DNA of 64,000 nt from an uncultured Gemmatimonadales bacterium. Lineage in GTDB: Bacteria; Gemmatimonadota; Gemmatimonadetes; Gemmatimonadales; Gemmatimonadaceae. Position 1 is the first letter of the stretch. The number at the start of each line of letters is the position of its first letter. The position numbers and the translations under genes are program-made. Below the pieces are notes generated by a model. The model saw nothing but the letters and a program-made list of their open reading frames with translations, was not told the DNA's origin and did not search any database. Positions 17,493 to 27,088 of this stretch are shown one piece after another. The stretch is taken from assembly GCA_963707505.1 (NCBI GenBank), contig CAVPQB010000002.1, positions 96,001 to 160,000 of the forward strand. Direction: 5' to 3'.

Positions 17493-19349
17493 GTGTCGCT
17501 TCGTCTCAAGCTCACAGCTGCCCTCGGGGTAGCACTCGTAATTCTGCTCGTCGGTGTCGCGTCACTCTATGCACTGAGGCAATCGACCAACGCCGCAGCC
17601 GCGGTCGAGCATTCGGAGATGGTTCGAGTGCAGCTGGAGCGCGCGCTCACGACCATTGTGAACGCCGAAACAGGCCAGCGCGGCTACCTCATCACACAGG
17701 ACACCGACTACCTCGCACCGTACACTTCCGCGCGCACGGACCTGGACCACGAGATTGCATCGATCCGCGCGCTCACCGCAGACAGTCCGCTCCAGCAAAG
17801 TCGCATCGACTCGCTGGCGCTCATAGCGGACGCCAAGCTGGTCACTATGAACGAAACCGTAGTGTTGACGCAATCGGGCAATCGCGACTCCGCGCTCAAG
17901 ATCGTCATGACGGGGCGCGGGGCCGAGCTGACGCGCCGTGCACGCAGCATGATCGACGAGATGGAAGCGACGCAGGCAGAGCAGCTCACAGAGCGCATCA
18001 ACATCTACAACAGCCGAAAGCTTGCCGTAACGCTCGTGACGGTCATCGGCAGTCTGCTCGCTGCCACGCTCTCCATTCTCACGATGCTGTGGCTGCGCAG
18101 CGGGATAAAACAGCTGGAGGAGGCCAAGGATACGATCGAGGACCAATCGGTGAAGTTGGGGGATGAGCTGAGCAGATCGCAGTCGCTCACAGACAGGCTC
18201 GCAGCCAGCAACGATGATCTGCAACAGGCGAACACCGCTGCCGAGAGCGCGCGCGTGCGCTTCGAGCAACTGCTACAGTCGACGGACGAGGCGATTTTCG
18301 GAATGGACGCCGCTGGCATGTGTACTTTCATCAACGCGTCGGGCGCGCGGTTGCTCGGCTACGAGCGTAACGAATTGCTCGGCAGAAACATGCATGAAGT
18401 CCTGCATCACCACCGCGCCGATGGATCTCCATACCCGATCGAGCAATGCCCCATACACAAGGCGATGCTCGATGGAACTTCAGTTCGAATTGCAGATGAG
18501 GTGTTCTGGACTCGTACCGGTCGCGGGGTGCCGGTGGAGTACACTTCATCGCCAATCCTGAGCAGCGGCCGAACCGTTGGTGCGGTGATCGCCTTCAATG
18601 ACATCACCTTTCGCAAGCGCGCCGAGCGCGAGCGCGAGCGTCTCATCGGCGCACTTGCACGCAGCAATCAGGAACTGGACCAGTTCGCGTACGTTGCATC
18701 GCACGATCTCAAGGCGCCGCTGCGTGGCATCGCGAACCTGTCACAATGGATCGAGGAGGATCTGGGCGACAACGTTCCACCGGACGTCTCGGAGAAGATG
18801 GCACTCGTACGGGGCCGCGTGCAGCGACTGGAATCGCTCATCGACGGTATTCTGCAGTACTCCCGCGCCGGCCGCGTGCGCTCGGCGGTCGAGCCCGTCG
18901 ACGTGGAGCTGCTCGTGAAGGATGTGGTCGAGCTGTTGGCACCACCGCCAGACGTCACCGTTACGATCGAAGCTGGCATGCCGACGATCAGGACCGAGCG
19001 CACGCCGCTTCAACAGGTGTTCATGAACCTCATCAACAACGCGATCAAGTACAACCGGCGTCCTGGTGCCCGAATCACGGTATCGTCGCGCGACGCGGGC
19101 AATATGTATGCATTCAGTGTCACGGACAACGGCCCGGGAATCGAGCCGGAATATCACGACCGAATCTTCGGCATCTTCCAGACGCTCGAATCGCGTGACC
19201 GGGTCGAGGGTACTGGTATAGGACTATCCGTGGTAAAGAAAACCGTCGAGCTACACGGTGGGTCGGTAACCGTACATTCCGCGCTCGGGGAAGGAGCTAT
19301 CTTCACTTTTGAATGGCCCAAGAGCGCCGAGGAGACAACCGCAGCATGA
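17493..19349 (+). CDS. CHASE3-PAS sensor histidine kinase
   Basis: AETGQRGYLIT (CHASE3), PAS domain, ASHDLKAPLR H-box, NLINNAIKY, DNGPGI, GTGIGL. Confidence 0.92.
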   Translation: MSLRLKLTAALGVALVILLVGVASLYALRQSTNAAAAVEHSEMVRVQLERALTTIVNAETGQRGYLITQDTDYLAPYTSARTDLDHEIASIRALTADSPLQQSRIDSLALIADAKLVTMNETVVLTQSGNRDSALKIVMTGRGAELTRRARSMIDEMEATQAEQLTERINIYNSRKLAVTLVTVIGSLLAATLSILTMLWLRSGIKQLEEAKDTIEDQSVKLGDELSRSQSLTDRLAASNDDLQQANTAAESARVRFEQLLQSTDEAIFGMDAAGMCTFINASGARLLGYERNELLGRNMHEVLHHHRADGSPYPIEQCPIHKAMLDGTSVRIADEVFWTRTGRGVPVEYTSSPILSSGRTVGAVIAFNDITFRKRAERERERLIGALARSNQELDQFAYVASHDLKAPLRGIANLSQWIEEDLGDNVPPDVSEKMALVRGRVQRLESLIDGILQYSRAGRVRSAVEPVDVELLVKDVVELLAPPPDVTVTIEAGMPTIRTERTPLQQVFMNLINNAIKYNRRPGARITVSSRDAGNMYAFSVTDNGPGIEPEYHDRIFGIFQTLESRDRVEGTGIGLSVVKKTVELHGGSVTVHSALGEGAIFTFEWPKSAEETTAA

Positions 19350-19774
19350 GTATCGAACGAACGCTGAATCTGGTCCTCGTCGAAGATGACGAGATTGACG
19401 TGATGAATGTCCGACGAGCTCTGGAGCGCGCGCACGTGACGAACCCGGTGTTCGTGGCGCACAACGGACTCGAGGGGTTGGAGCTGCTTCGTAGCAACAC
19501 CGTGCCGAAGGATCGGCGGCTCGTGCTGCTCGATCTCAACATGCCGAGGATGAATGGAATCGAGTTCCTCCGCGAGCTCAGGAAGGATCCATCCCTGCGT
19601 TCCACACCCGTCGTGGTGTTGACAACATCGGACGACGATCGCGACAAGATTCAGGCATACGACCTGAACGTCGCGGGATATCTGCTCAAGCCGGTGACGT
19701 TCGTCAACTTCGTGGATGTGATGGCGGCGCTCAACAAGTACTGGGCGCTGGTCGAGCTACCCGAGCTGCGTTGA
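19346..19774 (+). CDS. Single-domain response regulator (Rcp1-like)
   Basis: LVEDD, LLDLNMPRMNG, VLTTS, KP. ATGA coupling to the kinase. Confidence 0.92.
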   Translation: MSIERTLNLVLVEDDEIDVMNVRRALERAHVTNPVFVAHNGLEGLELLRSNTVPKDRRLVLLDLNMPRMNGIEFLRELRKDPSLRSTPVVVLTTSDDDRDKIQAYDLNVAGYLLKPVTFVNFVDVMAALNKYWALVELPELR

Positions 19775-19792
19775 CACGTCACTGATGACTTC

Positions 19793-21310
19793 GTGCACGA
19801 GCCTGCGTTGAGCATGCAACCGCTGTCGATCTTGCTGGTTGACGATGACGAGGTGGACAGGCTTGCTCTTCGCCGCGCGCTCGGCAAGGCGAGCCTCGGC
19901 GAGCTCCTGATCGTCGAAGCGGAGCGGGCGCGCGATGCGTTCACGCAGATCACGAACAAATCGTTCGATTGTGCCTTCTTCGATTTCCGCCTGCCCGATC
20001 GTGACGGTGTGACGTTGTTGCGCGATGTGCGGATGGCGGGCGTGCATACTCCTGTCATCGTGCTGACGGGGTTCGGCGATGAGCAGACGGTACTTGATGC
20101 AATGAAGGCAGGTGCGACCGATTACGTCGCCAAGTCTGCCGTCTCGCCAGAACGTATCGGGCAGGTAGTACGCTCAGCTGTGCGGTTGGCCGCGGCCGAA
20201 CGGCAAGCAGACGCGGCTCGGGCGGCACATGAGCGCTACGCGAATCAGCTACTCGGGTTGACTGATGCAGCAGTTGCTGTCAACCGTGCGGAGAACGTTT
20301 GCGACCTGCTCGACGCGGCCGCCATGCATGCGTGCCTCATCACAGGCGCGCCGGCGGCGTGTGTCACACTCGGCAGAAGCGCGATGAGCGATCTTTTCGA
20401 TGATGATGACAAGGACGGCTGGTATTCGGTCGACGGTAATGCGCCGCAGGACATATCCTCGCCAATAGAGATTCCACTCCCTGGTCGCGGCGATCAGCCT
20501 ATCGGCAAGATCATGCTGGAGGTGTGGGCACATCGTGGGAGTGACGTCGCGGTATTGAATCAGCTTGCGCGTCTGGTTGGTGGCGCACTCGAGACCGTAC
20601 GACTCTACCGCGCGGCGCAACGCGCGACTCAGGCGCGGAATGACGTACTGGCGATCGTCTCGCACGATCTTCGCAATCCGCTGCACACGATTGTTCTCAG
20701 TGCGTCGTATCTGGCCGAGGTGTTTCTTCAGGACCTGCCGGAAGCGGCACTTCAGCAGACGCAGATCATACGGCGCGCGGTCGATCGTGCAAACCGGCTG
20801 ATTCAGGACCTGCTCGACGTCTCACGAATCGACGCGGGGGCATTCTCCGTGGCCAGTGAGCCGATCGCGCCGGAAGTGCTGCTCGCCGACGCATGCGAAG
20901 CGATGGCGCCCGCCGCTGGCGCCGCAAATGTGCAGCTCGCCTGTTGCAGTGACGATACCGATCTGCCCGACGTGATGGCGGATCGCGAGCGGCTGCAACA
21001 GGTATTCAGCAATCTCATCGGAAATGCGATAAAATTCACACCGGCCGGCGGAAGGATCGACGTCACTGCGAGCGCCAACGGCCCATTCAATGTCCGCTTC
21101 TCCGTTCGTGATAGCGGACCGGGCATGAGTCCGGAGAATTTGCCACACATCTTCGACAGGTTCTGGCAGGCGACCCATGGTGAGCGTACTGGTGCAGGGC
21201 TGGGACTCGCGATCGCCAAGGGGATCGTCGAAGCTCATGACGGCACGATCTGGGCGCGTAGCGAACCGGGACACGGTGCCGAGATCGCGTTCGACCTGCC
21301 CGTGGCATGA
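19793..21310 (+). CDS. Hybrid receiver-histidine kinase
   Basis: N-terminal REC (VDDD, DFRLPD), VSHDLRNPL, NLIGNAIKF, GAGLGL. Confidence 0.9.
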   Translation: MHEPALSMQPLSILLVDDDEVDRLALRRALGKASLGELLIVEAERARDAFTQITNKSFDCAFFDFRLPDRDGVTLLRDVRMAGVHTPVIVLTGFGDEQTVLDAMKAGATDYVAKSAVSPERIGQVVRSAVRLAAAERQADAARAAHERYANQLLGLTDAAVAVNRAENVCDLLDAAAMHACLITGAPAACVTLGRSAMSDLFDDDDKDGWYSVDGNAPQDISSPIEIPLPGRGDQPIGKIMLEVWAHRGSDVAVLNQLARLVGGALETVRLYRAAQRATQARNDVLAIVSHDLRNPLHTIVLSASYLAEVFLQDLPEAALQQTQIIRRAVDRANRLIQDLLDVSRIDAGAFSVASEPIAPEVLLADACEAMAPAAGAANVQLACCSDDTDLPDVMADRERLQQVFSNLIGNAIKFTPAGGRIDVTASANGPFNVRFSVRDSGPGMSPENLPHIFDRFWQATHGERTGAGLGLAIAKGIVEAHDGTIWARSEPGHGAEIAFDLPVA

Positions 21311-21361
21311 ACGACGGATTGCGAAGCATCGATCGCACCGCCAGCGCACGCGCGTATCACC

Positions 21362-21982
21362 ATGACTGAACGAAAACACGGCATATCAGCTCCAAAGACG
21401 GATAGCAAGATCAGCGGAGAGGATTGGTACGGCCGGGACATCTCGGGCCAGATCCACGAGCGAGTTGCGTTCATCGATCTCGGGTTGACGGAGACAATCG
21501 ATACCGGCGCGACATTCAACGAATGCACATTTCGACGTACCAGGTTCAACGCGTCGGCTCATACCGATGCAGCGTTCGTGAACTGTACATTCGTGGGGTG
21601 TAGTTTCTTCGATGTGACCTTCACTGGATGCAAGCTCGTCGGAAGCATGTTCGACCGATGCAGCTTCGATCTCATGAAGGTCGATGGAGGGAACTGGTCC
21701 TTCGTCGGCCTGCCAGGCGCTGACCTGCGCACCGCGTCATTCAATGACGTGCGGATGCGAGAAGCAGATCTCACCGGAGCTCGATGTCACGGTTCGATCA
21801 TTCGCGGCGTCGATCTGTCGGGTGCGTGGTTACACAGTGCCGATCTTTCAGAGTGTGACTTACGCGGAAGTGACCTGAGTTCGCTCGAGCCGGCCACCGT
21901 CGAGCTCAAGGGAGCGATCATTACAATGAGTCAGGCGACCGCCATCGCGATGGCGCTCGGCCTGGACGTGCAGGCCGAATAG
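21362..21982 (+). CDS. Pentapeptide repeat protein, MfpA-like
   Basis: A(D/N)Lxx/xxFxx repeats and a C-terminal dimerisation helix QATAIAMALGL like MfpA. Confidence 0.85.
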   Translation: MTERKHGISAPKTDSKISGEDWYGRDISGQIHERVAFIDLGLTETIDTGATFNECTFRRTRFNASAHTDAAFVNCTFVGCSFFDVTFTGCKLVGSMFDRCSFDLMKVDGGNWSFVGLPGADLRTASFNDVRMREADLTGARCHGSIIRGVDLSGAWLHSADLSECDLRGSDLSSLEPATVELKGAIITMSQATAIAMALGLDVQAE

Positions 21983-21984
21983 AG

Positions 21985-24927
21985 CTACGAAGACTGTACG
22001 ACCGCTGTTGCGTTGAGTGCTTCACGCACCTTCGCGGTAAGACCTTCCGGTGTGAATGGCTTCTGAATAAAGACACTTCCGGAATCGACCAGCCTCTGGC
22101 GGAGCGATGTCTGCTCCGTATATCCCGACATCACCAGCACCGCGATGTTCGGCTCGCGCTCCCGGATTCGTGTCGTCAGCTCACCGCCGCTCATCTCCGG
22201 CATGATCATGTCAGTCAACAGTAGGTCGACGCTGTGTCCGATCCTGTCGTGAATTGCGAGCGCCTCGCCACCATCGGCCGCAGAGTAGATGGTGTAGCCA
22301 GCACGCTCCAGGATGCGGGTAGCTGTCGTGCGCACTGCGTCGTCGTCTTCAACCAGTAGAATTGTCTCCGCGCCGCGCGTGACCGTGCTCACCGGGGCGT
22401 TAGCGACATTCGCCTCTGGCTCCGACTGTACGAGCGGTAGATAGACCTTGAATGTTGCGCCGATTCCCGGCTCGCTCTGCACCGCGATATAACCGCCGGA
22501 CTGTGTGATGATGCCATGGGCGGTCGATAGACCAAGTCCGGTTCCCTTTCCATACTCCTTGGTCGTGAAGAATGGCTCGAAGATCCGCGACTGAATCGAT
22601 TGTGGGATACCGCAACCTGTATCGCTCACGGCGAGTGTCACGTAGTCACCCGGCGCGGCCCCAGCGCACTCACTGCCATCCACGCCGTCGAGTCGGGCAT
22701 CTCTGGTCTCGATGACGAGCTCGCCGCCTTCGGGCATTGCATCGCGGGCGTTGACTATGAGATTCATCAGCACCTGCTCCAGCTGGCCGGGATCTGCGTT
22801 GACCCATCCAAGCGATCGATCGAGTGTCAGGACGACCTTGATATCTGCCGGAAGGACGCGGCGCAGCATCTGCTCCATCCCTTCCACCACCTCGTTGAGA
22901 TCGAGCACGCGCGGCTCCAACATCTGCTGACGACTGAATGCAAGCAATTGACGCGTGAGCACGCCAGCACGATCGGCAGCGCTCATTATCTCCTTGATGT
23001 CGGGGCGGATCGGCTCGTCCTTGGGAAGCTCGGAGAGAAGTAGCCCGGCGTATCCTGTAACGACGGTCAGAAGATTGTTGAAGTCGTGCGCGATTCCACC
23101 GGCGAGTTGGCCGACGGCGTCCATCTTCTGAGCATGCCGCAACTGAGCCTCGAGCTTCGCACGCTCGGAAAGATCAGCCGCCAGCAACACGAACCCGCTC
23201 GGTTCCGATTGTGCGTTTCTGACAACGCCGACCGAAAGGCTCAGATCAACCAGAGAACCATCGCGGCGCATGCGCTGTGCATGGACGTCGATGAACCGTC
23301 CCTCGCGCAATGCCCGTGTGCGACTGCGCGCAATTTCTGGCAACATTGTTTCCGATGCGAGTGGGTATGGCTTGCCGATGACTTCCTCGGCTGTCCAACC
23401 AAACAGTCGCTCGGCGGCACCGTTCCACTGCATCACCTGGAGGTTCAGATCTGTCGCTATTATCGCCACTGGCGAACTGTCGAACAGAGCGCGAATGAAC
23501 TCGTTCGATGCACGCAATGCGCTTTCCGCTTCCTTACGTGCGTCGATGTCGCGACTTGCAGTCACCAGCTCGATCACGTTGCCCCACACCGGATCGCGTA
23601 TCGCACGCCCAGTGGTCTCCAGCCAGATGGAACGACCATCGGCGTGACGCAAGCGATGCTCCACGCGGTACGCCCCGTCCGTCACACGCAACTGGTCGAG
23701 GATTTGATCCATTGTAGTTGGATCATCGTTGCCGCTCAACTCGGTGAGATGTCGACCTTCCAGTTGGCGCGGCCGATAACCGAGAGTTTGATATACGGCG
23801 GGCGACACGTACACGATGCGGCCGTCCGGAGCATGGCGCACGATGATGTCCGTCGCGTTGTCAGCCAGTAGTCGATACCGAACTTCGGATTCCGCCGTTT
23901 CTCGATGCTTGCGCTCACGCGAGGTCTGGCGGCGCGCGATTGTGATGATCGCGATCATGAAGATGATCGCCGCCGCAGTGGACAACTCCGTGGCAAGCCT
24001 GGAGTCCACTGATGCGAATACAACGTCTGTCAGTTCTCGGCGGCGCAGCCCCCACGGCATATCATCGATGCGCGTCGCGAATTCGACACGCGAGTCAGAG
24101 ACTGTGGCGGTGGTGTCCGGCTGTACCAGGAAAGCCGCGCGCGCCGATCGAGGGGCCAGCGCCGCCGGCCACGCGCCCTGGAGCCTGCCACGCGCGCGAT
24201 CGGGGGTTAGCGTGAGCTCGTAGATCGAATCGTCGATCCCCGCGACGAGAGAGGCTGCTTCGGTTGCAGTGCGGTCTGACCACGCGGAGATAACAGTCAG
24301 CAGCGGCGCAGCATCGCTGGTGAGCACTACCGACCCGATGATCCGACCGGTGATCGGGCTCTGGCCGGTCCGTGGTGGAGCGGCAATGACGCGGTGCGCG
24401 AATGCGACCGCGAGTTTCTGCGGGCCCAGTGGGAATGGTCCGACTATCCGCCCGGAATCGGTAGCGAGCGATGCCATCGCCGCCTTTCGAACCGCGGCAG
24501 GCGGGGGTTGAGAGGAAATTGTTCCGACAACATTTCCCCGGCGGTCCAGGAGCCAGACTCCGTTGAATCCATGGAGCTGGTTGAGCGTTGTCATGCTCTG
24601 CGTCAGCCTGCTCCTGATGGAATCTGGCGACGGTACGGGATGCGTCGGCCGCGGAATACCAAACAGCTCGCTGCTCTGACCAGCCGAGATCGCCAGCAGT
24701 TTCGCATCGGCTTGGCGCGGCCGGAGCCAGTTGGATGCGTTGGCGCCGGCGAGGCGAGCGATCATGGACGACCGCGTTGCCCAGGAGTGCACGGAATCCT
24801 GACGGAGGATATGCCGGCGCAGAGCAGCAGCGGATGCGAAACTGACCGTAGTCGCCGCAATTATCGCGACGGTCCGCCATGGACGGCTACGGAATGATTC
24901 CACAAGCTGCAACTGGTCCTCAGGCAT
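21985..24927 (-). CDS. Membrane PAS-PAS hybrid histidine kinase/receiver (CckA-like)
   Basis: Two TM segments, two PAS domains, AHDFNNLL, NARDAM, GTGLGL, C-terminal REC. Confidence 0.92.
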   Translation of the reverse strand: MPEDQLQLVESFRSRPWRTVAIIAATTVSFASAAALRRHILRQDSVHSWATRSSMIARLAGANASNWLRPRQADAKLLAISAGQSSELFGIPRPTHPVPSPDSIRSRLTQSMTTLNQLHGFNGVWLLDRRGNVVGTISSQPPPAAVRKAAMASLATDSGRIVGPFPLGPQKLAVAFAHRVIAAPPRTGQSPITGRIIGSVVLTSDAAPLLTVISAWSDRTATEAASLVAGIDDSIYELTLTPDRARGRLQGAWPAALAPRSARAAFLVQPDTTATVSDSRVEFATRIDDMPWGLRRRELTDVVFASVDSRLATELSTAAAIIFMIAIITIARRQTSRERKHRETAESEVRYRLLADNATDIIVRHAPDGRIVYVSPAVYQTLGYRPRQLEGRHLTELSGNDDPTTMDQILDQLRVTDGAYRVEHRLRHADGRSIWLETTGRAIRDPVWGNVIELVTASRDIDARKEAESALRASNEFIRALFDSSPVAIIATDLNLQVMQWNGAAERLFGWTAEEVIGKPYPLASETMLPEIARSRTRALREGRFIDVHAQRMRRDGSLVDLSLSVGVVRNAQSEPSGFVLLAADLSERAKLEAQLRHAQKMDAVGQLAGGIAHDFNNLLTVVTGYAGLLLSELPKDEPIRPDIKEIMSAADRAGVLTRQLLAFSRQQMLEPRVLDLNEVVEGMEQMLRRVLPADIKVVLTLDRSLGWVNADPGQLEQVLMNLIVNARDAMPEGGELVIETRDARLDGVDGSECAGAAPGDYVTLAVSDTGCGIPQSIQSRIFEPFFTTKEYGKGTGLGLSTAHGIITQSGGYIAVQSEPGIGATFKVYLPLVQSEPEANVANAPVSTVTRGAETILLVEDDDAVRTTATRILERAGYTIYSAADGGEALAIHDRIGHSVDLLLTDMIMPEMSGGELTTRIREREPNIAVLVMSGYTEQTSLRQRLVDSGSVFIQKPFTPEGLTAKVREALNATAVVQSS

Positions 24928-25120
24928 CAGATTGTCCTGGGAAATAAAAAGTGCTTGGCTCGGACTAAGACAGTCAAACGGATGCTTACGCTACGGCCGG
25001 ATCTCCTTCTGAGGTCTCGGCGCCTTGCAACCAGACTTGACCGCTGCTGGTAATCGGCAGCGCAGTTTCCACTCGATCACCACATCCCCAATCTATCTCC
25101 CCTTATTCCGCCCGCCATCG

Positions 25121-25705
25121 CTACACGCGATCCTTCGGCCGCAGGACCAGACCCAGGCTCACAAGGGCCAGTATCAGTGCAATCCATTGCACCCACTGCA
25201 CGGAGGTTTCGGAGGTTACTGGTGCCGACGAGGCGATCGAATCAACGGGCGCGATAGTCGTGACGGACGCCGGGGTCCTGGATCCCTTCTCACCAGTCCA
25301 ATCGACGCGCTCGATGCCCGTGTAGGTCTGGTAAACCGGCCAGATCAGTTGCGTTGCCGTCTTGGGGTTCGCCGCCATGAATGGGAACTCCACAAATCGT
25401 TGCGGCGCGAGCGTGCCTGTCCACACCGCCCCCACGATTCGTTTCGCCGAATCGGTAAGAATCTGGAGCTGCCATCCGGGAACGTCCTCGAATGCGGTGA
25501 TGCGCACTCCATCGGGGAAATGGATCTCCACCCGTGTCGTGGCGACCGCCTTCTCATTCGGAACACGCAGCACGTAACGCTCGTACGCGCCGGTCGCAGA
25601 TTTCTTGGGATACACGACAGCGTGCGCCAACGCGATCGACGGCGCTAGCGATGCAATCGCGCTGACCAGTATGAGTACATGAAGCAAGCGACGCTGGACG
25701 TTCAT
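25121..25705 (-). CDS. YcnI/DUF1775 copper-binding protein
   Basis: Signal peptide then mature His1 (ALA-HAVV), LRVPNE, PGW, W-G motifs, C-terminal TM. Confidence 0.85.
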   Translation of the reverse strand: MNVQRRLLHVLILVSAIASLAPSIALAHAVVYPKKSATGAYERYVLRVPNEKAVATTRVEIHFPDGVRITAFEDVPGWQLQILTDSAKRIVGAVWTGTLAPQRFVEFPFMAANPKTATQLIWPVYQTYTGIERVDWTGEKGSRTPASVTTIAPVDSIASSAPVTSETSVQWVQWIALILALVSLGLVLRPKDRV

Positions 25706-27087
25706 TGATCGGATGTGTGAATGTGTGAAGAAGAGTGCACTACTGCGTGATGCGGAGGCGATACATACGCGAGCAATCCTCCGAGCAACACGACGATACA
25801 CATCACCGCGACTTCGCTGCGTATCGCAGCGGTAAAGCGGCCGGAAATGGCGGCTCCGTTTGCCAGACGGGGCAACACCCGATAGCGATGATTAGCGCCG
25901 AAGGCAAGGAGAACAAGAAGCCCCACGATCTTGGCGAGCAACACTGCGCCATACGCAGACCGGAACAGATCCCATGGGGATGACATGAACAGCAACGCTT
26001 GCAACACGCCAGAAAGGATTACCGCGATTGCGGCAACGAGTGCAATCGTCGAGACACGTAACGCATCGCGTATGAATGTGTCAGTCGCGTCGCGATCATA
26101 CGCAATGAGATAGAGCAACGCGCCGAGCCACGCTCCGCCCGCCAGAAGATGCAGTGCCCTTGCCGGCTCGGTCCACATCGGGTCGATTGCTGCCGAATGA
26201 CCGCTCGCACCGCTCACCACGAGTGCAGCAACCGCGAAGAACAGCGCAAGCCGCGGACGCCTCGCGATCGCAACGGCCCACAGAACGAGGATGGCGAGTC
26301 CGGTACGCCAGATCTCGATCCTCCCGATGCTGCTTGCAAGAAGCGCCGATGTCGAATCACTTGCAAGCCGGTGATCCGGCGTCGCATTCATGATCCAGGC
26401 GCCGAAGTGCAACGCGAGTAGAATCGCCGCAGCGATCGAGAGCCGGGTCGCAAGTCGTGCCGGTCTGCGCTGCACGCGCACAGTCGCCGTGCGCGGCCAC
26501 GACAGGCAGAAAAGCAAACCCGCGACCGCCATGAGAAATCCGAGTCCGAGCCCGCGCAGCGCGGCTGGCACGATCGGAGCTCCGATAACGGTCGGGCCCC
26601 AGGTCGATGGTGTGTTCAGAGCGGCGGGCGAAACCGGCGGAGCCTGTGCAGAGGAATCGCCTATCCAGAAGATGATATTGCCTTCGACCGGATGACCGTC
26701 GGCCGAAACGACTCGCCATACAAGCCGATAGGATCCCGGTGCGAGCGATCCGACCGGCGCAGCTATCGCGTGTACGTCATGCGGATCTCCGGCAACGACA
26801 AGCCGCGTGACGCTGCCGTCATCCGCGACGAGCGAAAGTCGCGCCAGCGTCGGCTCGATTTCCTCACTGAACAGCAGGCGCACGCGTGACGGCCCAACCG
26901 ACAGATGCGCGTTGGCGGCCGGCGCGGAGCTTACGAGCGAGGCATGCGCGTGCGCGACGGACCTGGTGGCAAACAGCATGACCAGGCTACCGAAAACGAC
27001 GAATGCAACACTCTGCACACATGCCATGCACCGCGCGTGCGCAAAATGGCGTACGTTCGTTCGTTTCGCGCTGGTCACGTGTGGCAT
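25702..27087 (-). CDS. CopC-CopD fusion copper importer (YcnJ-like)
   Basis: AHA-HASLVSSAP, SADGHP (CopC). SGH, HLLAGGAWLG, YGAVLLAK (CopD). His-rich tail. Confidence 0.9.
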   Translation of the reverse strand: MPHVTSAKRTNVRHFAHARCMACVQSVAFVVFGSLVMLFATRSVAHAHASLVSSAPAANAHLSVGPSRVRLLFSEEIEPTLARLSLVADDGSVTRLVVAGDPHDVHAIAAPVGSLAPGSYRLVWRVVSADGHPVEGNIIFWIGDSSAQAPPVSPAALNTPSTWGPTVIGAPIVPAALRGLGLGFLMAVAGLLFCLSWPRTATVRVQRRPARLATRLSIAAAILLALHFGAWIMNATPDHRLASDSTSALLASSIGRIEIWRTGLAILVLWAVAIARRPRLALFFAVAALVVSGASGHSAAIDPMWTEPARALHLLAGGAWLGALLYLIAYDRDATDTFIRDALRVSTIALVAAIAVILSGVLQALLFMSSPWDLFRSAYGAVLLAKIVGLLVLLAFGANHRYRVLPRLANGAAISGRFTAAIRSEVAVMCIVVLLGGLLAYVSPPHHAVVHSSSHIHTSDQ

Positions 27088-27088
27088 A

